Under the pieces are notes generated by a model that worked only from the letters and a program-made list of their open reading frames with translations, ran no database searches and was not told where the DNA came from. Below, in pieces: positions 54,520 through 64,000 of a DNA stretch of 64,000 nt. Each line of letters opens with the position of its first letter. Position 1 is the first letter of the stretch. This DNA is from Lama guanicoe (Eukaryota), in assembly GCA_013239625.1 (NCBI GenBank), contig MU053881.1, positions 13,220,879 through 13,284,878 of the forward strand, given 5' to 3'. The position numbers were made by a program, and so were the translations under genes.

Positions 54520-55090
54520 GGAATAACAAGTTATACCAGAAACTTAATGGCTGAAAATAATGATTTATTTTTCTCACAGTCTCTGAATTAGGAATCTAGG
54601 AATAGTTTAGCTGTGTTCCTCTGATTCAAGGTCTCCCGTGAGGTTACAAACAAGCTGTCAGCCAGGGTTGCAGAGTTCACCGGGGCTAAAGGATCCACTT
54701 CCAGCCTCACTTGTGTGATTTTTCAGGCTTTAATTTCTTACTGGTTGTTAAATTGACATCGTCAGCTCTTAGTTATACAAAATAGGACTCTCTGTACTGT
54801 TGCTCACAATGTGGCAGTTGGCTTTCTCAGCCCAAGTGAGCCAGAGGAGAGGAAGGGAAAGGGGGGAGAGGGGGAGATGGCGGGGGGAGAAGATGGGGAA
54901 GGGGGAGACGGGGGAGCACACGAGACACCATAGTCTTCTATAACTAATGTCAGAAGTGACATTCCATCACATCTCTACTATGCTATTCATTAGAGCAGAA
55001 GAGAAGCAGTAATTTTAGCTCACACTCAAGGGAAGGAACACCCAAGGATAAAAAGACCAAAAGGTAGACATCACTGGGGAGACGGCACAC
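54520..55090 (-). mobile_element. MaLR LTR (MLT1E/F-like) with an internal GA-rich tract
   Basis: aacttaatggctgaaaataa...ctcacagtctctg...ggatccacttccagcctcact...cagaagtgacattccatcac...ctcacactcaaggg. Confidence 0.75.
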
Positions 55091-55299
55091 CCCATTTGAT
55101 AGATTAGGATACTGAGAATTCAATAAAAATCCAATGAATTCATGTCACAGTGAATTTGATATTTGAACTCAAGACTCCCAAGATTAATTAGCTCTCTCTT
55201 TAAAAATAATTTATTAAAATCATTTGCATACAATTATGAGTTCACACCTTTTTTTACTTTAAATTATTAACAGTTTGGTGATATTTCTACCTCCCTGCT

Positions 55300-55820
55300 T
55301 TAGTTAAGCTTAGGTTTATCTGCAAAAACAAAACGCACCCAAAAAACCTACAGCGACAATCATGTTAATAAGATGGACTTTTCTCTCTCTCACACACAGA
55401 AGTCTGGAAGTAGACGAGCCAGGACAGGTAAGAAACATCCACCCTGTGATTTTGGATCCCAGGCTCGTATCTTGTTCCAAAATCCTAGCACGTGGCCTCC
55501 ACTTTCACGTCTACCTCACATTCCAAGATGGCTGTTAGAGTCTGGAAATTCACTTCATGACACAGGAAGATGGAAGGAAAAAGAACATTTTTTTTTTTCA
55601 GCCGAAGTTAGCTCTTAATGAGTTTTCCGGAAATGTCACACAGTACTTTCCCTCACACTTCACTGTCAACAGCTAAGCCACAGACCAAACATAAATGTAA
55701 GGCTGACTGGGGAACAGAGTCATTTGTTCTGTGCAGCCATATGTTCAGAGTTTAAAAAAAAAAAATTCTGATACGAAAAAGGAAGAAGGGAAAAATACTG
55801 AGGTAGGAAAATGACTGTCT
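55300..55820 (-). mobile_element. Old MaLR LTR (MLT1J/K-like)
   Basis: agaagtctggaagtagac...ccaagatggctg...gtaaggctgactgggga resemble reverse-strand MLT1J/K motifs. Confidence 0.55.
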
Positions 55821-58082
55821 TTGCTTCCCTGAATTATGAAAGTGGTGCTTTCTCATTCGAGACTGTGTGGAGTGCAGAGAAATGTAGAAAAAAGTGCTAA
55901 CCCAGCACCTGTAAGCCTATTTCCTCAAGATAATCACTTCTCTACATCACTATATATTTTCTTCCTTTGGTTTCAATATAGAGGTTGTGGGTTGCTTCTT
56001 TTCTTAAAAATTCTGTATGAGGGCATGAGAATTTGCAAAAGTAGAGATAAAGAGAATGCTCTGGGAGTGGACGAAGGAGAGCTAGACTAGCTTTGAGGAT
56101 TTATATGAGAACAAGGATCGTTAGTAAGTCCTGAGAATAAAGGCAAGTAGGATTCTTTCCTGCATTCAGCAGGATGCTTTAGGAATTTTTTTCACAATAT
56201 ACATCTGAAGACATATTTTAGGAATTTCAAGAAGTTTGGAATACCCTAAGAAAGGAAAAGACTAGAAATAAGAAGTTAAATGGGCAGTTAGAGTGACAAT
56301 CCAGTCCCGAGATAATAACACACTGAAGAATGGTACATAAAGTCAAACAGATGGAAAGGATGAGGCAAAGCGACGCTGCGAACAGAGAAAATGACGCAAT
56401 GTGATGTAAGCTAGGTGAACCACTGGTTACAAGAGTTCTCCTTACTTCACAGTACGGATGTAATGAAGTAATACGTAGTAAAGTCGGGCTGTGAGAGGGA
56501 GAAATAAAAGCCATAAATAATATTTAAAGTGAGTTGAGATCATAAAGTCTATAAAAATTTGCAGCAGCATCCCCTGGAGATGGATGTACCTGGGGGGCAG
56601 AAGTCAGAGAGGTAACTGCCAGGGGCCAGAACGTGTGTAATCAGACACTGGCGAGATTCAGAACGTCGCAGTGAAGGGGAGGCAGTGCCCAGCCAACATG
56701 GTCATGGACATCCTAGGTGTCCAGGGAGATGCACAGCAAGGCTTAGAGGCTCTTAAGGTCAACATGGTCTGGAAAACATGAAAAATCCTAGCGATCAAGA
56801 AAAGTCGGTCGTGACACTAGAACCACGTTTGGTTGTCTTGGGGAGATACTGTTTTGTTTCAGCTTGTTTGGGTTTTAACACTCTTTCTCTGAGAAAGAAC
56901 TAGTGTTTGATGAAACCACTTGGAATGTGACATTTTGACTAGTGAGCCTCTTGGTGCTGGACGTTGGTATGAGTTAGCCAGCACGTTTTATTTATGCAGA
57001 ATATTGGCTTTACCTTTTGAAAGGTTCTTCAAGCCCTTAGCATTTCGCAAGAGTTAAGTGAATGAAATTCTCCCTTGCCAAATGCCAGGCAGCTGGTGTC
57101 TTATTTGTAGAATTAAAAACAATTAAGTAGATCACACTCTAATTGTTTTGTTCCATCTCTAACCCGCAAACCTTTCTAGGTCTTTCTTCCAGACAATGGC
57201 TAGATAAACAAATGCTAAGGTTTTGCACATCCTTGTTTAAACTCCAGACCTCAATTCATCCTGCAGTCAGAACTTGAGGCTAAGTCTGACACAAAGTTAT
57301 CAAGCAGCTTTCATACATCTAGCCTTCTCCACTCTGCTGGAGAAGTGCTGGATTAAAAATACAACTATTTCACTCTTAGAAATGCATCCTTTTTTCATCT
57401 GCATATTCTAGAGAGGAAAAAAAAAACCTGAGTTTGAGTACAAATTCTGCCAAATAAAAAATTATCACTGATATCTGCATCTTGGAGTTTTGGGAAGAAA
57501 TAAAAACATACAAGTTTGTAGCATAGATCATCAGACTGGCATATTGCACATGCCTGACCAGTAATACCTAATAACTATTATAGGGCAAATTTGCCATTTT
57601 GTATTTATTATATGTGAATCACACATTTTTCGAAGTCCTAAAAAAATAAGGCATGTGAAGTCTGCTCTATAAATCAGAAACTAATGCACAGTGTGGTAAA
57701 TTCCCATGGCAACAGAGCTGGTAGGGGGAAAACTGAGATTCAAACTCAGATCCGTCCAACTTCAAATTAATTGTTTATGTCAGTGTGAAACTACATCTCA
57801 TATTAGACCCGACTTCTAAACTTCCTTATTGTTAGCATTAACTCCTAATTTAGCTATAATGGTAAACTCTTAACTTCAATTGCTCAACATGGCAGGAAAA
57901 GACACTAGTTATGTAAAACTTTATTATATTCATGTCTAAAGCAAAGTAACACATTTGTTCAGGTGAATAAGTATTAAGCATCTAAAATGTGTTAGGTTCC
58001 CCACTAGTTTAGGAAAAAAAGTGAAAATTAAGATAAAATTTACAAATTTCCTAAATTTCCCAAATTTAAGAAGTATGATGAA

Positions 58083-58322
58083 ATTGGGAGTTCAAGATTT
58101 GCAGATATTACTATATATAAAATAGATAAACAAGTTTCTACTGTATACCACAGGGAAGTATATTCAATATCTTGTAGTAACTTATGGTGAAAAAGAATAT
58201 GAAAACAAATATATGTATGTTCTTATATGACTGAAGCATTATGCTGTACACCAGAAATTGACACACTGAAAACCGACTATACCTCAATAAATTTATATAT
58301 ATATTATAGATATATATATATA
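58083..58322 (+). mobile_element. 5'-truncated lineage-specific L1 3' end with (TA)n tail and perfect 12-bp TSD
   Basis: gggagttcaagatttgcagata...ctgtacaccagaaattgacac...caataaa; TSD aagtatgatgaa at 58071-58082 and 58323-58334. Confidence 0.9.
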
Positions 58323-59999
58323 AAGTATGATGAATTCAAATATTAGTAGAGTTACAGCAAAAAGGATAATGGATTTCTGGGATTAGAAATCAGCAAATTA
58401 ACTTTGAATGGTAATTGGGTGTCATCTGCTATGATGGAAAATACTGAATTATCTGATTCTACTGTAGTTTTATGAACAAGATATTCATTTGTATGTGTGG
58501 AAGGAGACATACAGAAGGATATTTATCATGATATTATTTGCAGGAGAAAAAAGGTAACGCCCTAAAGTTCATTAAGGAGGTGAATGGTAATTACGGTATA
58601 TCTATGCTCTGGAATAGCATGAAGCAGTTACAGAGATGAGGGAGATTTACAACTATTTTTCTAGAAAGAATGCTAAGACACTGTAGAGAAGAGAACGTCT
58701 CAGAAAAAATGTTTAATATTTAAAAATTTAAATACTTAAAAAACACAGAGAAATTATTTTTATTTCCCCTATTCTGCAAAGAGGGATTAAATAACTTTCT
58801 AAGGCTCGTGTACATCCTTGAATACAAACTTGGAGCCATCTGTATCTACAGACCATACTCTTGCCAGGGGAGTCTTTCCCATTCACCTGGTAAGGCTGAT
58901 TGGAACCCAAATCGGAACCCAAGAGCCTCCAATATCTGGAAGAACCAGGCAGGGAGGCAAGAAAATTGTTTGCATTCTATTCACAGGTGTAATTTACCAA
59001 ATTGCTGTAAATCATAACTAACTTGAAGGGAAGGGCTTTCTTGTGTCTGGAAAACACAGATTAAAACCACTAATATCCCAGACAAAAACCATAAAAATTA
59101 TAACCATACACACCAGCTCACTCAGTAACCAATCCCTTTGTTATGAAGGCATCAGGTTTCCCCTTAGAATTTTTTAAATTTCTCACCCAGTTCAGGGGTA
59201 TGACCTGAAATTTATCAGCGACCTGTACTTGTTAAAAGATCCTTCCTGTGAAACTTCTTGAAAATGGAGCACTTTTGCAAAAGCATGAGAGTACAATTGT
59301 CCATAAAAGACAGAAGACTCAAAAAGGCACCATTAAATAGTTAATTGCAAGGTCATCAATTGATAAAGAAATTTGTTTATAATAACTAGAATTATGACTG
59401 ATTACAATCTTAACCCTTAACAACCTTAAAAATCTGGCAAAAAACCAAAAAGTAATTGTGGACTATTTGTCATTCCAGCATTTCCTAATTGGAAAACATG
59501 CTTTCATCTTTCTCTCTTAAGAGGGCAAAGGATGGTAAACTATGTGCCCAGCAATTAATACTCCAGTCTTTTACGCTATTTGAAACAACTCAGATAGTGA
59601 ATTATCTTCCTTTAACTTAGTTTAGCTGCAAGTTACCAAAATCTGGAGACAATTACAGACAGACATACCCAAAGCATAATTAGTCCTACAGAGTTTTAAA
59701 AGTCCTCTTTTTTTTCTTTACTCTCAGGGATCAGATGCTTAAAGTTCCTGAGAGCCCAGGTAGACCATTTGCATCTCAGAAGCACAAGCGAAGAAATGCC
59801 ATTTCCTTCTAGAAAGCTAGCTTCCTCTAACTGCACGTGCACAAAACCAGTTTTAGAGCGTCAAAGATTCCCACCTTGGCCATTTTCAGAGTTTTTTTTT
59901 TTCAGTTTAAACAACTAACAGTACTACAATACAAATACAATACAAACACAGATAATGCAAACCATTCCCTCACATTCGCATGCCTCACTTCCAGAGGAA

Positions 60000-60335
60000 C
60001 AAGAAGCCACTTTCAAGGTAGCCTCCGCCCCGGGCTGTCAGCTCGGCGCCTGCTCTTTCCTAACCTGAGAGGCACCTGCCGGCCCACAGCTGCGGCCACT
60101 TCCTCCCCTCCCCCCACCGTCCGGGCGGCCAGCGTCTCCCCACAGCCTTAGGGGTGTCTGTGAGTCCCCCCATTCATCAAGGAAGGCCGCCACAGGGCCC
60201 CCCACACCAGTGGACGGCCACCCCGGGGTTTCCCCCACAACTTTCGGGCCCCACAAGTCCGTGGGTGCCCCACCCCCACCGCGTTCCCTCCCGGCCTTAT
60301 TTCCCGGCCTAGCAGCTCACGGGGGTCTCCCCGGT
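60000..60335 (-). mobile_element. Truncated ERV internal leader and gag-like N-terminus (probably class III)
   Basis: Lies directly after the PBS. Peptide WGPKVVGETPGWPSTGVGGPVAAFLDEWG resembles recalled class III ERV Gag starts; no pol, env or second LTR seen. Confidence 0.55.
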
Positions 60336-60353
60336 CTCCTGGCTGCTCCGCCA
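60336..60353 (-). other. Retroviral primer binding site, tRNA-Arg(ACG)-like
   Basis: Minus strand TGGCGGAGCAGCCAGGAG versus TGGCGAGCCAGCCAGGAG (complement of the tRNA-Arg-ACG 3' end), 1 nt after the LTR-terminal CA. Confidence 0.8.
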
Positions 60354-60354
60354 G

Positions 60355-60816
60355 TGCACCCCGCAGGTGTACACGGCCTGTGCTTGCCCAGCTTCAAGAC
60401 CAAAGAAAGAGCCCAGAGCCGACAGAGACATCCGCGGTTTACCGGGCGGAGAACTTACTCGTCTGAAGCAACGTCCTGGAGCCACACGCCAGCCTGGGCA
60501 GTAGAGGCGCGAAAGGCATGGCTGCGGCCTTCACTCCCCGGGAGAGGGCGTGGCTACTATTTATAGGCAGAGCTGAGATCAGGTGCGCTCATCAGTTGCC
60601 AGGGAAACCAGCAGAGGGGCGGGACCCTCACTGCCCCTCTGATAGGCTATGATGATGGAGAGGTTCTGATCTAAAGGTTAGAACAGTGCTAGCTGGGGTG
60701 CAGGCGAGTACGCTGGAAGGTCAGTCATGTGAGGAGGTGCAGGTGAAGCGGGGTTGGTCCAGCAGGGGATGCGCAGAGAACAAGAGAACAGCCGTCGTGG
60801 GTGGCCTGATCACACA
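60355..60816 (-). mobile_element. ERV 5' LTR with promoter motifs
   Basis: TG (60816)...CA (60355) followed by a PBS; contains a GC box (60614-60624), an RFX box (60595-60608), TATAAATA (60565-60558) and a GTAAGT donor (60458). Confidence 0.78.
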
Positions 60817-62864
60817 GTGCTCCCGAACTAGGGAGACTCAGTTATTAGATACGAAGAGAAGCTCAGAGATTGTCTGGTTCAGTGGCTTGTTCCATAGACA
60901 CATGAGGGACTGAGCGGGTAGGAAGAGGGTCCCCCCTTGGCTTTCGCTCTTCCTCACTGCTACTCCCCTGTTCGCCTTCAACCAGAGCAGCTGTAAATTG
61001 TTGCTGGTTTTCACTTAAGAGTTTGATAGGGGGAAAAAAATTTTAAGTGGTCTATGAAAATACCCAGGTGAATCCAAATACCCCAATTAAAAATAAGAAA
61101 ATTGAAACCCAGAGAGGCAAACTAGGTTGCCCAGACTCACAAAGCAAAGAACCAGAAATCGGAACTCCATCCTCCAAGTTCAGAGTGCCTTCTAGGCTTC
61201 CACACTGCCTCTGTGCAGTCTCAGATCCTAACCTGGATGCCTCTGAACTCGGAGAACAAGTTCCTACTGGGAAAAGGTGGCAGGCAGGAAAGCATCTTAG
61301 GGAGGCACTAAAGACCAAGCAAATGACAGCTGGGCCACAAGAGGGAAACTGAAGCTGCAGATGGGCAAGAAAGGGAGGGGAGAATTTCTTCAAAACATTT
61401 TTGCTTCCAATGTACATTTTCTGAGGTTCTGCTTTTCTTCTGGAGCTAGAATAAATTTTCAAAGGGGACTAATTGCACTCTCTTGGCTGGGGGCGGTAAT
61501 TGCTTGGCAGTTTAATTGAATGAGGATAGATTAGTTTCATCCGATGGTTCGTCCCCTTTTCGTAATGGAGACTGGCTGAAAATGAGCAGGCACTGAGCAG
61601 AGGAAACCAGCTCTCAGGGTCCAAGCTGATGGGAGCCCAGAATATACACACCGGTCTCATTTTCTCTGTTGAGATTTGGGGGCATATCCGCCTTCTCTTG
61701 TTCACCCTTCACCCTTTGTTCCTGCGGCCTTCGCAAGTCACCAAGAAGCTCTGAACCCAGAAATGCCTTTTAATAATGTATGAAAATACTGGACAAGAAA
61801 ATAGGACACCTGCTTTAAATAAACTCAGGAAAATCCCACTTAACCTCACGGTGTCTCCTTTTTGCCACCGATAATGAGAGCTGAAGCAAATGAATTCATT
61901 CCAAGAATATTGATTAGTATTCAGGGAATAATGAATCTCTCGGTCTAGATATTTCCTTCCCTATGAAGGGAGATCAGTTAATGTACCTATTGGCTTCTCT
62001 CTGACTTTTTACACACTGACCCTCTGGGAGGACAATGACCTTATCTGATTAGAATAATTGAGAGGAACAAATTGGCCATCCTCAGTTTTGCTTCTTGTTT
62101 TTTGCCTGTAAGCCAAGAATCTTCTCTGATCTTCCAAGGGTGTGTTCTTTTGCATCAGGCTAGTCTGGTGTTACCTGAGACGCAGAGGGAGAGTCAGCTA
62201 ATTCTCGGCTTAGTTGACTCAGCTGGTTCTCCTAACTAGCTTATAGCCAGTCATGTAGACAAAGCTTTGACCTTCACCTGTCACTCCTGTTCATTTCCTC
62301 CCTCTCCCTTTTTCTGGAACACATATGGAAAAGATGTGGCCTCTCAGAGACCTTGACATCTTCAGTGTGTCAGCCACTCTTCCAGATCTGGGCTGCAGTC
62401 GTGACCCTGCCAGACAAAGGCTCTTCAAATCTAGTGGAAGAGACGTAATATAAACAGCAAGAAACAAATCTGTAAGACAATTGTATGACAATAATCTTAT
62501 GAGACAGAGTATTACTTGAGGAAAGTTACTTCAGTTGAGTAGCAGTGGACATTTGAATTGGGTCTGAACAGAGAGAAATAGGCGTGGGGGAGGGGCGGGG
62601 GGACATACCAGGCGTAGGAAGAGAAAGGGACAAAGATCTTAGCATGTTCAAGGACCGGGGAAAAAAAAAGCTAATATGACCGAAGAAAGGGATAGATGGG
62701 GAAAATACAGGAACATTAGAACAAAGTGATAGGTACAAACATCTGTTCAAATGAAAGTGAAGGAAGATACACCATTTGATAAAATATCACAGGCGTGCTG
62801 TTAGTTTTTAGGTGATCATAGGGAGATAGAGATTCAGCTCTCTTCCTTTTATATTTTTTATTTC

Positions 62865-63030
62865 ACTACTTTTTGGTTTTGTTTTGGGTGTTTTTTTTCT
62901 TGGTGGGGGAAGGTAACTACATTTGTTTATTTATTTATCTATTTCTGTATTTATGGAGGTACTGGGGATGGAACCCAGGATCTCCTGCGTGCTAAGCATG
63001 TGCTCTACCACTGAGCTATACCCACCTCCC
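62865..63030 (-). mobile_element. tRNA-Ala-derived SINE (camelid vic-1-like)
   Basis: Minus strand GGGTATAGCTCAGTGGTAGAGCACATGCTTAGCACGCAGGAGATCCTGGGTTCCATCCCCAGTACCTCCA (A/B boxes, AGC anticodon), then an AT-rich linker, a C-rich motif and an A-rich tail, the same layout as the copy at 31841. Confidence 0.88.
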
Positions 63031-64000
63031 TCACATCTTTTCTTAAAGTGAATTTTGAACGTTGAGGAGAATGAGGAGTTTGATTACTGAAACATTTAAA
63101 TGGATATTGTGTTTGTTTTTGTTGTTTTACTTAATTTTTCATGCCCAACCCTCATTCTCCATTCTCATTTTCAGATCTATCAACCTGTACAAAAATAAGA
63201 GGCTGCCCGGGACAGTTTGTCACGTAGCTGTGTAACACACACCCATGGTCTGAGAGAGACAGGGAGAGAGAGAGGGAAAGAGAAGAGAACCTACTGGAAG
63301 TTTGCAAAAGATAAGCAACTGACAGCTGGAAGTCACAATATCTGGGCTGTTTCAGGTCTGTCTCTGCCATCAATTGTGGATTTCAACCAGGCCACTTGAT
63401 TTCAGTTTCTTCATTTAGCAACAATCAGGAAAATCTCGACCCTTCCTTTCTCTCAGCTACCCCAAAGACTTCAATCCTTTCAATTCTATCTCCTGAAACA
63501 TTTCTTAAATTACTGCTCTTCCTCATTCCCATGCTAACTAGACAGAATCTTTGATTGCCCTCCTAGTATAGAAAACTATACTATTTGCCTCTTCCTCCAC
63601 ATTCACAATTTATAGAAGTTTAATACTGCAATGAAGAAAGCAGAGCGCAAAGAGGAATGATGAAAAGCAGGATTCAAGCAAGCAGCTCATTTACCTAATG
63701 AATAGCACAAAGCTCCTGTGAAGTTATTCATTCTAGGAACAGCTGGTTGAGAAAGGTGGAGTAAACACACTTAATTCTGCTGGGTTGACATTGAGTGGGA
63801 GCCAGGGCATTGAGCTACTTTTAAAAAAAAGCATACTATGCATGGATAGCGTAAGAAATATTTTATGTGATCCACACAGGGTTTTTTTTTAATAGATTAG
63901 ATGCTAAGATTTAAATGAGAGGAAATGTCACACAATTTTCAAATATTCAGGCTCTATTTAAAACGTGGAAGATCTGGCATAAAAGGTCTACGTTTTTGCA

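Noticed and set aside
54845..54916. G-rich purine tract with G4 potential
   Set aside because: Low-complexity expansion at the GA-rich position of a MaLR LTR; no evidence of function.
59837..60566. 104-aa and 118-aa plus-strand ORFs in the GC-rich island as a host gene
   Set aside because: Antisense to an ERV LTR/leader; Pro/Ala/Arg-rich composition is expected from GC content alone.
62954..63030. tRNA-Ala(AGC)-like sequence as a real tRNA gene
   Set aside because: Has stem mismatches and is followed by the same linker and A-tail as the copy at 31841; it is a SINE head.

Overview
Mammalian genomic DNA, probably camelid (inferred from tRNA-Ala-derived SINEs and cetartiodactyl-type L1 3' ends). 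The only protein-coding sequence I can support is the first coding exon of GABRG2 (GABA-A receptor gamma-2) on the minus strand, 12034..11928, 107 nt. It encodes [36 protein letters not shown] and is absent from the ORF track. Bases 1-11927 are the proximal part of intron 1 and contain a near-consensus RE1/NRSE site; I did not find exon 2 in the window. Bases ~12035-12600 are the 5'UTR/promoter, and the remaining ~51 kb is repeat-rich upstream intergenic DNA (old and younger L1, L2, MIR, MaLR/ERV LTRs, MER20, SINEs, microsatellites). The listed ORFs are chance ORFs or decayed L1/ERV fragments. I found no convincing novel multi-gene system. The best leads are: (i) a CpG-rich ERV 5' LTR ~48 kb upstream, pointing toward GABRG2, with TATA, GC box, RFX box, ATG, splice donor and tRNA-Arg PBS; (ii) a near-identical 2 kb tandem duplication with a templated micro-insertion; (iii) a uORF and other motifs at the GABRG2 promoter; (iv) an internally deleted L1 with an apparently swapped 3' end; (v) an apparently L1-retroposed LTR fragment. 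Repeat family names come from recalled consensus sequences and repeat boundaries are approximate.
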